From: Lytechinus pictus
Taxonomy: Eukaryota
Assembly: GCF_037042905.1 (NCBI RefSeq)
Contig: NC_087250.1
Coordinates: forward strand, 4,714,001 to 4,778,000
Length of the DNA: 64,000 bases
Reading direction: 5' to 3'
Shown: positions 41,718 through 54,320 of the stretch, piece after piece
How the letters are laid out: every line of letters starts with the position of its first letter
Numbering within the stretch: the stretch's first letter is position 1
Notes under the pieces: generated by a model
Seen by the model: the letters and a program-made list of their open reading frames with translations, nothing else
Database searches by the model: none
Told to the model about the DNA's origin: nothing
Made by a program: the position numbers and the translations under genes

Positions 41718-43134
41718 ATACTACTACTTTGTACTAGCACTGTAACTTTTTTACTCTGTAGCAGGCCTCGATCATTCAACAAGCCTAACTAATAGGCTTA
41801 AGTTAGGCCTGGCCCTAGGCCCTGGCCTAGGCCTACTACTACTAGTACATGTACTAACACTAATCCAGACTGAGTCTAGGCTCTAGCCTAGAATAGATCT
41901 AGATCTATTGCTGCTTCCGTACTCACCGGATAGGCTAGGTCTTGCAAAGACTTGAACTTGTAAATTGTCTGGTACCGACCCCGTTCCGTCTGCTAATCCA
42001 GACCGTTGCCTCGGCTCAGCCAGCCCACCTGCTTCACATCATACTCGGGAGCTAGTAGTAGTACGGTAGTAGGACCTCTGACTACCGTAACATTCAATAC
42101 TCATAATCATGATGGATCCCAGTCGACCGTATGTCGTTGAACGGAATTCCATCTAGCAGCTCGAGTCAATTTCTCATCGTTGCTGAAACCAAAAAGTTCT
42201 AGGACCCAGCCGATCTACTACTAGTGTTATATAGGCCGACAACACGTAGCGTAGCTCCTTGTACCGTCGTATAAAACTCGGTTCAATTCAAAGCAGACGG
42301 TTAATCGTTAGGCCAGGCAAGAAATAGAGAATCCTCAAGTAATTCGGACAGCATTTAAAGCATTTAAAGCAAAATTAAGATGATTCCCGATCGATGATGG
42401 TTTTTTTGGACGTTCATCTCCGTTGAAAGCCAAGACTAAAATGAAGGATTTTTCGCGCCTTCACCTAGCTAGGCGAGCGCGCCAAAATATCGCGCTCCTT
42501 GCGCCCAGTATAATTTATTGTCATTGGGCGCATAAACAATACCGTCTGGCGCGCCATTGTGACGTATCACCTCGTCAACCGCGCCATTCCAAATTACAAA
42601 CACCTTCATGACCTGGCTTTGTTCGCCGACCTATAAATCATTTTAAATCGCCGAGTCGTCTTTAAACTACAATATTGCATGAATTCATGTTTCGTATTTG
42701 AAAATGTGTGCCCATTCTGCTTAATAAATGTATTAATTAATTCAATTAGTATAAGTTTGGGATTGTCATTTTTTTAAAGCAATCTGCTTATGATGACAAT
42801 CCTTCTCCTGCAAATTCATATAGTTAATCATTTTTGTCTGAAATTATCTTTTTAATACTCTTTATTTATGATTCATGCCAAAAATGCTAGCATATTATGT
42901 TTATTATGTTATGAAAAATGTATTATACGAATGTTATGGATGCAGAAGAAAACAATAAATCAAATCAAATCAAAGATGGATATAGAGTGTAGTCTTTACT
43001 CCAGACCTGTGATTAAAAACCTTCAAAATTAAGACCCCAAACTAAGACTCTGTTATTTATAAAGCAAGGGTACATAATATAGTCTTTACTCCAGACACGT
43101 TAAAAAATGTTATTATCTTTAGAAATAAGACTCT

Positions 43135-46100
43135 TAGTCTGGTCTGTTAGCGAAATTATGTGGACACGGTGGACAAAAGCATGATTTTTTTCTCCAGACC
43201 TTTGTTTATGTATAAGAATTAAAAATGGGGTATGCTCCAAAAAATCTGGCTGCAGGAACAGTGAAAAAATGGGTGAAAATGTCAGAATTTATGAGTTTAG
43301 ATTGGTCTGATATATAGACTAGCGCCAGTGCAAAACTCAATGGTAGTGCATTATTTTGCATTGGTGTAGTTCTTAAATTCAGACCCTTTTTGAACGGATG
43401 TTCTGTTTGTCCTCACATCTCAATGCACCAAATATCTGAATGCAGATGCTAAACAAGCCGAAGGGTGGCGGAGGACTTGGTGGAGGGGGTTGAATGTTGG
43501 TGTGTATGTACATATTTTGGTCTTGGGGTAAAGATGTGCAAAACACATTTTTGCATGTTTTGGAATTGGTGTTGCCATGGTAACAGTGTATTATGGCAAA
43601 ATAAGGTAAAAATCTTGCAGTTAGAACTACTTCCTCTGTTTTCATCCGATTCTCATGAAATTTGGCACACACATTGTTCTTGAGGTGAAGATGTCTAAGA
43701 CACTTTTGTGTGTCTTTCAGAAATCCCGTTGCCATGGTAACAACATGTTATATGGTGAAAATTGGGAAAAAACTTACAATTCAAACTGCTTCATCAGTTT
43801 TCAATCAATTCACATGAAATTCGGCACACGCATTGGTATTGAAGTAAAGATGTACAAGGCACTTTTTTGTGTGTTTCAGAAATTGTGTTGCCATGGTAAC
43901 AACATATTATATGGCAAGATTTAGGTAAAAACCTTGCAATTTGAACTACTTTATCAGTTTTGAACCAATTTTCATGAAATTTGGCTCACACATTTGCCTT
44001 GGGGTAAAGATGTGCAAGAACCATTTTTTTGTGCATTTGTCAGAGAGTGCATTGCCATGGTAACCACATATGATAGCCAGAAATGCAGGAAAAGTCATTG
44101 TGGATCAAACTACTTCCCCTGATTTTAGTCAGTGCTCATAAAAGTTGGAAGAAATGTTCATCTTGGGGTAAAGATTCATATTAACTTCTAAATGTCTTCT
44201 CTGCATTAAAATGTTCACTCCAGAGTGTGGGGGTATTAATCACCTTCAGTAATATTTCTAGGTTTTGGGGGGGAGGGGCGGGATTGGTCCTTCAAATCTG
44301 ACATCAAAATAAAGAAGGTTAAAGGCGGTGGCTATTAGGAACATAAAAATGATAAACACTCTTAAAATAAGCATCCCCTCAAGGGCATAGGCTGGGGGTA
44401 CACTGGGTGAATGTGAAACCTTTCGCTGAGGCAGAGGAGTTCCAACACTGGCAAGCAAAACGAAATGTGTACCCCTTCTACTTTCAACAGCTGATTTTCC
44501 AAACCTTAGTTCCACCTCCCCAAGATGTGCACCCCTCCCCATACCACTTTTAGTTCTACCTCCCCATGCTCAAACCAGTCTACGCCTTTGCCCCTCAGTG
44601 GTCTTTGCATTTTTAAAGCGAGACATTACTCCTTTTTTTTTGGGGGGGGGGAGGTCTTTAGAAAATGACCTCATAAAAGTAAAAGTTAAAGGATTATGAC
44701 TAGGAACTTAACCCCCCCCCAAAAAAAAAAAAAATAGGGGGCTGATATATTTTTTGAGCAGAAAATTGCCCCCCCCCCCCCCCCTTAAAAGGTAAGAAGA
44801 GTCCTTTGCACTTCAGACCATTCATTTGAAGTTTAATGCATTCTGATTTGATAAAAAATTGTTTACTTACCCGATTAATCATTGTTTATTTATATTCTCC
44901 TACTCAGTCTTTTATTCATATTCCGTTCCTACCCTTTCTTTTTAACTTTATCACATCACTCTTGATTTTGAGCTTCACCATACCATCTCTTTCTGTTTCC
45001 TCTCTCCTTTTTTATTCTCTATTTTTTCTGACATATTTTAAAGTGTACCTTTAATCATGCAACTAATTATAGAAATATGAATATATACAAAAATCTCTGC
45101 ACTTGTTTTAGAAATTCACTTGCAAATCCATGACTCAATAACATACCATATCAAAAATATACATATGTGCACAATAGATTTTAGCCTTCTATTTTCTTTC
45201 AATTGATTTTTTCAGTATATTTCTGTGACAGCCCTTGCTTTATACATCCTACATCTCCCATTGTCAAAAAATAAATATTATGTTTCAGTAGCAAAATTGT
45301 CGGATGCAAACTCTGACAATCATAAAAAAAATGCAAATAATTTTCCATTGGAGTAAAGACAAACTTATTCACTGTTCATTGAGCAAAAATTTAATGATGA
45401 CTTTTATTTCTCTACATATAATCATATTCTAGTCATATCCCTTTCAGATGGTGGTAACTGCAGGAATGGGAAAACTGAGTGATAAACTAAAATTTTCACA
45501 GAGGATTTACGGAAAATAACTAAATCCATTTTTTTCAAGCAACAGTTATTCCATTCTGAATGCTGCAACCTTGTTAATATGAATTTGATGCACCTTTACC
45601 AAAATATAATATCATGACAGTCATTTCTTCAATTTTTTAAACTAGACATTAAATATTGCTTATAGTATTGTTTAGGACAGTGTAGCCAAAATGGAGTTTA
45701 AAAGATTATGAAAAATATGAATGTCAGGTATTATATTTCGGAGTAGGTGTAAGCATTCAAAATGGAATAATTGTTGCTAGATAATAATGGATTAAAATAG
45801 CAAAGAAAAATGTACTTAGAGAGGGAGACAAAGAGGGGGAGAGAGGAAACAAAATAAGAATATATGGTAAAGATCAAAAGTGCAAAAAGTGATGTAAGAA
45901 AGTCAGAGTAGGAACTGAAATGAACAAAAACTGAGTAGAAGCAAAATAAAAGATTGATCAATAATTGGGCACCGGAAACGATCTTTTATCAAAGCAGAAT
46001 GTTTTAGGCTTTAAATTAATATGCTGAAGTGTAAAGGATTTTTCTTCCCCCCTTTTTTTTTTGGGGGGGGGGTTAAGTTCCTAGTCGTAATAATTTCCTT

Positions 46101-47952
46101 AAATTACTCTTTATGTGGCAATTTTCTAAAGCCCCCCCCCAAAAAAAAAAAATGGAAGGGGTGCTTTTTTCAAGAGTGTTTAAGTTCCTAATGGTCATAT
46201 GGTCATGGCCTTTAACCTTCTATATTTTTATGTTGTCAGTTTTTAATTACCTCCTCTGCCCCAAAAAAGAAGCTATAAATATTATTGAAAGTGATTAATA
46301 CCCTGCGCTATTATATGACGTTAAAGGGGAATCCAACCCAAATAAACACTTGTTTTTAGAGGAAAAATCAGACAAGTTTATAGGTCAAAGTTTGAACAAT
46401 ATCGGACAAACCATAAGAAAGTTGTGAATATATAAAAGTTGTAAACATTGGTAATCACTATACCCATGAAGACTTCAAATTGGCCGCATATGTGATGTCA
46501 TAGTGATGTATTAAGGCAAGGACCACTCTTCCATGTACTGGAATAATTGGCTAAAATGTCTTTTTCAAAAGTTTTACAAATTATATCTTTCTTTCATGAG
46601 GACATAAAACAATATACTACTAGGTTCATATTACGGCCCTAATGGAATAGGGATTTAGGAGAAAACCAAATATCCTGATAATTAAGCACAAGGCCTATGG
46701 GAAAGTTGTCCTTGCGGCCTCGCCCCTTGTCATAATTTACTTACCCAGTTGCCAATTTGAAATCTACATACTAGTAGTCTTAATTTTAAAGCAACCATAA
46801 ATTTTGCTTCCGATTTCTTTCAAACTTTCACCATTCTTATGTTTCTCCTTTTCCACACAACATTTTATGACCAAGGCTGGATTCCCCTTTAACACTGAAT
46901 ATGAATCTTTACCCAAAATGAATATTTGTGTCAAATTTTATGAGCACAGGCTGAAAACTGAGAAGTAGATTGATCCACAATGAGTTTTCCTGCATTTCTA
47001 GCTATCATATGTGGTTACCCTGGCAATGCACTTTCTGACAAATGCAAAACAAAGGTTCTTGCACATCTTTACCTCAAGGCCAATGTGTGAGCCAATTTCA
47101 TGAAAATTGGTTCAAAACTGATAAAGTAGTTCAAATTGCAAGGTTTTTACCTAAATCTTGCCATATAATATGTTGTTACCATGGCAACACAATTTCTGAA
47201 ACACACAAAAAAGTGCCTTGTACATCTTTACTTCAATACCAATGTGTGTGCCGAATTTCATGTGAATTGATTGAAAACTGATGAAGCAGTTTGAATTGTA
47301 AGTATTTTTCCAGTTTTCACCTTATAATATGTTGTTACCATGGCAACAAGATTTCTGAAAGACACACAAAAATGTGTCTTAGACATCTTCACCTCAAGAC
47401 CAATGTGTGTGCCAAATTTCATGAGAATCGGATGAAAACAGAGGAAGTAGTTCTAACTGCAAGATTGTTACCTTATTTTTGCCATAATACACTGTTACCA
47501 TGGCAACACCAATTCCAAAACATGCAAAAATTTGTTTTGCACATCTTTACCCCAAGACCAAAATATGTACATACACACCAACATTCAACCCCTCCACCAA
47601 GTCCTCCGCCACCCTTCGGCTTGTTTAGCATCTGCATTCAAATATATGGTGCATTGAGATGTGAGGACAAACAGAACATCTGTTAAAAAAGGGTCTGAAT
47701 TCAAGAACTAAACCAATGCAAAATAATGCACTGCTATTGAGTTTTGCACTGGCGCTAGTCTATATATCAGACCAATCTAAACTCATAAATTCTGACATTT
47801 TCACCCATTTTTTCACTGTTCCTGCAGCCAGATTTTTTGGAGCATACCCCATTTTTAATTCTTATACATAAACAAAGGTCTGGAGAAAAAAATCATGGTT
47901 TTGTCCACCGTGTCCACAAGTAGGGTATTTTTGACGCTAACAGACCGGACTA
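43135..47952. mobile_element. Academ-like non-autonomous element with >1-kb inverted arms
   Basis: TAGTCTGGTCTGTTAGCG / CGCTAACAGACCGGACTA. Arms are highly similar over ~1 kb and recognisable to ~44780 and ~46030, with ~158-bp subrepeats. Confidence 0.7.
46325..46887. mobile_element. TTAA-flanked MITE (Kolobok/Crypton-like) inserted in the right arm of the palindrome
   Basis: TTAA|AGGGGAATCCA ... TGGATTCCCCT|TTAA; absent from the left arm. Confidence 0.85.
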
Positions 47953-50900
47953 TATGTAATAAAGCATGGATATAAGAGCATAGTCTTTACCCCAGACGCT
48001 GTTATATAAAAAAAATAGGAGATTTTCAATTTGAAGGCCCCACCGTCTCATCCCTGTGAAAAAATGGATATAGAGTGTAGTCCTTACTCCAAACCTGGTG
48101 ATTAAAAAAAAAATTCAATACTAAGACCCCATCATCTTCCAAACTAATAGTCTATAATAAAACACGGGTATATAGCATAGCCTTTATTCCATACCCATTT
48201 ATTAAAAAACTACACTGTACACTGTATACCCACTGCATACTAGTAATTACACTGAATACCCATGTGCTACATTACAGGGTCTTAGTATTGAAGATGACGG
48301 GATTGAAGTTTCGAAGATACTTGATTTTTTTTCTTCAAATGATTGGGTCTGGAGAAAAGAATGCACTCTATATCCATATGCTTGGTTTAGAAGATGGTGA
48401 GGTCTAAGTTTTAAAGTTTATTTCCCTTTTTTAACCACCGGGTCTTGAGTAAAGACTACGCTTTAATCTAGCTCAGGTATGGCGTTAATCCTGATGCTTG
48501 GAAGAGCATATGGCCAAGAGTATAAAAAAGTAGACTAATAACATTCATCGTGTACGGTACGGTCGCATTGGGTCAAGAAAAAGAAACTACCAGCATTCGT
48601 TTCGTATGGATTTGTCACAAATTAAAGGGTCTAAAAAGTAGAGTAGCACCCTTTGTCTCATACAGAATGGTCCACTAGGTCTGAGAAAATAGATAAATGT
48701 TCATCCAGGGTCGGCGGAGCGAAATTGAAAGTGGGAGGGGGGGGCACAGGGAAAAAATGGCACTTCCTCTTTTGAAAATGGCACTTGAAACAAAACAAAA
48801 AAACCCAAATAGCATATGTATACCCTAGTAGGGTAATGAACAAAATAATTGAGGGGGCAGACATGGCGTATGGGGCAACATTTCTTTAAAACGGCGAGCG
48901 AGCAAAATTTTGAAACTTTTAATGAAAAAAATAGCATTTGTGATAGATTTTAACCTAGAGAACAATTTCATATTTCACCACTTTTCTTTTATTTTCTGCT
49001 TTTTTTTCTTGGTCTTGAAAACTTTTGGGGTCCATGGATCGAGGTTCAATTTTAGGGGGGGGCAATGCTCCCCCTTCCCCCGGTTAAGATGCCCCTGCAG
49101 AAAAGAAAGGACGCTAATTGCAAATACATATAACTTATATTAGCAAACTGGACATTTGAACAAATCAGAAGAGAAGGGGCATTTATCAGAAGTAAACAAG
49201 GACATATTCATATGGGGCACTTGATCAAAGGTGAAAATGTACACACTGCAGAAGAAGAATTTCATTCTGAAAAGGGGTAACTAAAAGGGGCTAGAAGAAC
49301 ATTTTAAAAGGATTTTTATTATTTAAAAATGCACTTTTAGAAGGGATAAGAACGCGAAATAGGGAAAACGGGCGATGATCGGGCGTGAAAAGAGCGGTTT
49401 TAAGAATGGAAACTCATCTGATACGAGAATGGGCACTTATAAAAAGGTAAAGGGGAGCTCTTTAACACATAAAACGGACCCTTCTAAGATGAAAGGGGCT
49501 GAACGCGTTGTAAGGGGCATGGTTCTTGGGTTAAAAGGGGAAAACTTTTTAGTGCTTCAAAAAGTGGTGGCACTGTGCACCCCCTGCCCCCCCCCCCCCG
49601 GATCGCCGCCCCTACATTCATATCATATGGAAGCAGTCGTTGTAAAATCGAGGAAAACGTGTATGAATTACAACTTAAAAATATTACATTTTGAGCGTAA
49701 AGTGCACCGCATCTGTATATAGTTCAAAATTAATGCCTTATGTTGGTGAAGTGCGCCATGACATTTGTGGGAAATATTATTATATACGTTAGTGGGTACA
49801 GTGTTTTTACATATGTGGCTGTTATTACACTAGTGGGCGTTTGTACATCACTCTGGGTGTGTAAAAGGTGTTAGCAAACAATACCTTGTTTGTATATTCA
49901 TAGATTCATAACAATTAATATCCAAGACTATAGTAATCAAGAAATTTTGGGTTTAAAAATAAGTTTTAAAGAAATTCGACAACTTCTGATGAAATCTGGA
50001 AATGAAAACAACAGATCAAGTTCAATGTGTGGATCAGTGGAAATCATGCTTGCCTCCCCCACCCCCTTAATTAGTTACCCCATGCAGTGTTCGAAACAAT
50101 ACTGAATGTCCCTTTAAGCCTGGTGCCGCCCCCCTTCCACCCTGGCCTCTTTGAAAAACGTTTCATTGCCAATGGTCTTGAGCCTACTCCCTGTTCAGGC
50201 AGAAATAGTCTTAATCTGGATAAAAAACAGTGATTTGCACATATCCCGGAAGTTTGCACATTTCCCGTGAAAATTGTTCATTTGCACATATCCCGTCGTC
50301 ACGTTTACACAGATGCCGTTGATAAATTTTGACAGATTTGCACATTTCCCGGCGTGGCGTATGCACAAATTCCGTTGTTTCCACAAATCCAGGCGACATT
50401 TTGCACATATACCGTTGTTTACACATATCCCGGCGTTTGCACATAACACGGCTCCAACCCCCCCCCCCCCCCCCCCCCAGAAATGAAAATTGGCGGAGCA
50501 AAACAAAAGAAGAAAAGGGAGAAATAAAGGAAAAAAAAGAAAGATAGAAAGAAAAAAAGACGAGGAAAGATTTGAATCAATTGAAAAAAAATCAGACAAG
50601 CATAATGCTGAAAATTTCATCAAAATCGAATGTAAAATAAGACAGTTAATTGAAATTTTTAAGTTTCGCTTAGTTTTCAGAAATGGTTACATGCACAATA
50701 TTTAGTCACAAGTAAATTAAAGAATTGATGATGTCCCTCACTCACCATTTCTTATGTTATCGGTTTGAATTATCCAATACTTCAATTTTTACCGATTTGA
50801 CAATAAGGACCAACTTGACTGAACCATAAAATGTTAAACAATGGTAATTCTACATGTTCAGGGAGAAACTTTGTTTCACAGGACAATGATGAAAAATTTA

Positions 50901-51486
50901 GAATAATCTATATTTCATATATTAAAATAAAAATAAACAGTGAGTGAGTGATGTCATCCGTTTCATAATTTGCACACCGAAATTAAGCGAAACTTAAAAA
51001 TGTCATAGCTTTCTTTTTTTACATTCGATTTTGATGAAATTTTCAGTGTTATGCTTGTCGGATATTTCTCCTTTTATTCCAATCAACTTTTTGTTGGGGT
51101 GGACTTGTCCCTTACATAAGCATATAAGATTAAGAAATAAGAAAATAACATTTTCATAAATTCCTAATAACTAAATTGGCCCTTTTTCAAAATGGAATAT
51201 CGGCAAGTTTCATCTCACGCTTAGGAATAATAGGAAGATATTCATCATTTTTATATGATGACAAACTGTCCTTAGAATGTCCCGGTCCTTGGTCAAAATA
51301 ATAAAAATATCAGCTCGCGCTTCGCGCTCGCATCTTTTATAAAGTGTGATCCCTTCCACTTAGAAATTTTCCTACACAGTGCTTGAAATAGTGCTTAAAG
51401 ATATTTAAAACATTTAGTTCAGAGTTAGGGTTTTCGATCCATATTTCGGATTGAGGGCTGGGTTCACTTCTCCCCGGCCCGGTCAC

Positions 51487-51573
51487 CACATTCCTCTTGA
51501 AAATAGGAATTTTACGTTCTTTAATTAGGCTCACTCCTGTCAAGTTAAACGAAAAGCCTTGAAAGTGTAACAT
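51487..51573 (-). CDS. PDZ-IL-1-like gene, probable 5' coding exon (PDZ betaA)
   Basis: ATG at 51573 (gcaATG) reads MLHFQGFSFNLTGVSLIKERKIPIFKRNV|gtgacc, phase 0, in frame with the exon at 24554. RKIPIFK fits the first PDZ strand. The 5' boundary is uncertain (alternative acceptor at 51536). Confidence 0.5.
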
Positions 51574-51764
51574 TGCACGACATCTTCTTAATCGTTGTCC
51601 CTCTTATCGTGAAGTGAAATCATATGCCCTCATCTACATTATATAACACCAATCAGTACCTGATGGGTGTATATACAAGTAGATGAAATAGTTATGAAAT
51701 AACTCTGTTGACGTGCCTAATTAAAACATTAAATTTTGTGTGTCTTAATTACCCCAGATCTTAC

Positions 51765-52061
51765 CCGATGTTCGTCATTATTAAGTTCATCTGGTGATTC
51801 TTGCGGTGAAGCGGTGTTTACTGCGGTTCCTTCCGCATTAGGTGGGGGATTCCCTCCAACCGCTTCCTTCTCTACCGCTTCCTTCTCTACCGCCCGCTTC
51901 GCGCGTATTTCTTCTTGTTTCGCACCCTCACTTACGCCAACGCTGCGTTGGACTTGGCCTTCCGTTACCGGTGATCCCGCTGCGGTAACCCTATCGGTTC
52001 CTTGGCTTTTAGAGGCTGAAGCCCTCCCTTTGGAGCCATGTACTTCCATTGTCGAATTCAT
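51765..52061 (-). CDS. Candidate alternative N-terminal exon, 99 aa, low complexity (A/E/S/G-rich)
   Basis: Acceptor ttttcactgcacag| (exon starts 52070), ATG at 52061, donor cgg|gtaaga, phase 0. GC-rich open frame MNSTMEVHGSKG...DELNNDEHR, in phase with the exon at 24554. Confidence 0.5.
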
Positions 52062-52513
52062 ACGATGTCTCTGTGCAGTGAAAATATTTATAGCAACGTG
52101 TGTACGAACGCTTGGTCCACCACGGCCCGTTGAAATCAAGTTTATATAATTCACTGGCGTAGCATGCTTTGAAGTTTGGCATTTATACAAATTTTGATTT
52201 CAAAAGAACCATGGATCGATGGATGGAGATAATTCAATATAAAATAAAGAATTCAAAAGGGGAAGTCTGAGCCCCAGTACATTTATCACTGATCCGTGAC
52301 TGTAGAAATCTCGTTACAGAGCGTGACGAGTAAAAGAGTTCCATTTAACTATTCCAGATATTTTTTTTATATTGCAGTCAAGCCGGATGTTTTCAAAAGT
52401 AATATCACAGAATAAGGGCCTTCGTCTATTTTAGGGGCGTCGGTTAAACTAAGTTTATGATTACATCGAGTTTCTGAGAATATCATTGCCACAAAAAAAT
52501 TATTGACCTTATA

Positions 52514-54298
52514 CAGTGCGTCCCAAAAAAACCTATACACTTTTGAAAAGGCTGCCACATAAAAAATGTAGCACTTTGGGGAAAAAGACTAACATATATG
52601 GAAAGCCAATAAAGTCAACTTTTAAGTGACACCAAAAAGTTGGGAAACTATTCATGCTTGAGCGAGCACTGCCCACTGAAACAAAGGGTAGGAAAATTAG
52701 GGTTGGCTGGAATTAGCCTTCCAATTTATGTAAGTTTTTGAGAGGCAAATCCTTTCGAACTTGCAAAGTTAAGGGCATTGTGATAAATTAATGATCAACC
52801 GTGACCAGTTTTGGTTGTTTAAACAAATTTTATAAATTATTAAATTGAACTTTAATGCATGAGTGAACACAAATTACATTTTTGGGCAGTATTTCAACTT
52901 TATCATTTGGATCCCTTTTTGGGCAGCATTTCAACTTTATCATGTGGATCTCAGCAATGTGTTCATGGGAGTCGGGAGAATAGGGGGTGAGATAGGACTT
53001 AAGTGGGAGAAGTAGGTTGATGGAATAAGGGTCAACAGAACATTCAACCCCCGCCCCCTCCCTCTTTCCCGCCCTCCCCTCCTGTTGAGAGACTGATGGC
53101 TATTGTCATGTACGTGTGAATTCCAGAGCAGAATGTTGATTTAATGATTAATTCTGAATTGGGGCATCAACTTTTTCCTATCAATCATTTAATCAACAAT
53201 TTATCAGTAAATCAACTCATTCAATGTGCAATGTGATCAATCAAACATTCAGTTTTTTTTCAATAAATTATGTCATAAATCATCATAATCATTGAATATT
53301 TTGGTAATCATTCAATAAAAAAAACTGACCATCAACCACCGGTCACTTGGCAGTTCAGTTTTAAATAGGCTACAATCCAGGAAGTGAGACAGAGAGAGAG
53401 AGAGAGTGGGGGGGGGGGGGGGCTGAGAGAGGGGAGGGTACATATGACTTTTAATTTGTAAAAGGACAAAAAGAAGAGGAATGCCCTTTTAACCAAGTCT
53501 TAGCATATCTCACCCTCTTGCATGTAACAGGTACCATCACATTACTCTGACTCTCACGAACACACTGCTGAGGTCCACAAGATGAATATGCTACACTAAA
53601 ATTACGATTCCTGTTCACTCATGCATTACATTTCAATTTAGTAACTCCTGAATTTGCCTAAGAAACCATAACTTATCTCACTCATAAATAGCAAAACACC
53701 CTTATCTTTGTAAGTTCCTAAGGACTAACCTCTCAAAAAAAAACTGTAAGGCTAATTCCTACCCAGCCTAGCCAAGCTTTGTCTCTCAGGAGGAGAGATG
53801 TGGGGGAGGGGTTGCTAAATGTTATGTTGACCTTTATCCCATCAACGTACTTCACCTACCTACGTCATATTACCCCCTCTTCTCCTGAATGTCATGCCAT
53901 TAATGAGATCCACATGATAAAGACAAAATGCTGCACTAAAAATTGTAATTCATGATCATTCATGCATTAAATTTCAATTTAATAACGCATTAAATTTTCA
54001 CAAACAACAAACTGATCACATCTGATCTTTAATTCACCAAATAACCCTCAACTTTGCAAGTCCCAAACAAAAAGACCTGAAAGAAATTGGAAGGCTAATT
54101 CCGGCCCACCCTAATTTGTATACCCTTTGTTTCAGCGGGCAGTGCTCGCTCAAGCATGAATAGTTTTCCAACTTTTTGGTGTCATTTGAAAGTTGACTTT
54201 ATTGGCGTTCCATATCAGTAAGTCTTTTCCCCAAAGTGCTACATTTTTTTTATTTGGCAGCCATTTCAAAAGTGTATAGTTTTTTTTGGGACGCGCTG
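52514..54298. mobile_element. Tc1/mariner-type non-autonomous element with long TIRs
   Basis: TA|CAGTGCGTCCCAAAAAAA ... TTTTTTTGGGACGCGCTG|TA; TIR similarity extends over >200 bp. Confidence 0.9.
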
Positions 54299-54310
54299 TA
54301 TATATGTTTC

Positions 54311-54320
54311 GGGATTTCCC
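54311..54320. promoter_or_regulatory. Consensus NF-kappaB site upstream of the PDZ-IL-1-like gene
   Basis: GGGATTTCCC matches GGGRNWYYCC and lies in non-repeat sequence just outside the TcMar element. Confidence 0.3.

Larger units (their letters stand above)
33083..42670 (-). mobile_element. Non-coding element with split direct repeats (Ngaro/PAT-type tyrosine-recombinase retroelement architecture)
   Basis: Repeat X: 33083-33822 = 34562-35304. Repeat Y: 34299-34561 = 42404-42670. Y abuts X at 34561/34562. No TSD. Confidence 0.7.
26597..42974 (+). mobile_element. Second CR1/L2-group LINE (decayed ORF2), 3'UTR split by a 9.6-kb insertion
   Basis: ORF1, long spacer, ORF2, 3'UTR 32912-33082 resuming at 42671, AATAAA at 42954, (ATCAA)n tail. 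ATGGA is duplicated at 26592 and 42976, and the host repeat resumes after it. Confidence 0.75.
24978..50455. mobile_element. Foldback/Mutator-like element with ~380-bp TIRs, expanded to 25.5 kb by nested insertions
   Basis: GGAGCCGTGTTATGTGCAAACGCCGGG (24978-~25357) is inverted at ~50075-50455. Its internal AGTCTTTACTCCAGAC/TAAGACCCC repeats resume across each nested insert. No clean TSD (C-run flanks). Confidence 0.6.

Noticed and set aside
43135..47952. Polinton/Maverick interpretation of the long TIRs
   Set aside because: No 6-bp TSD and no polymerase, integrase or capsid ORFs.
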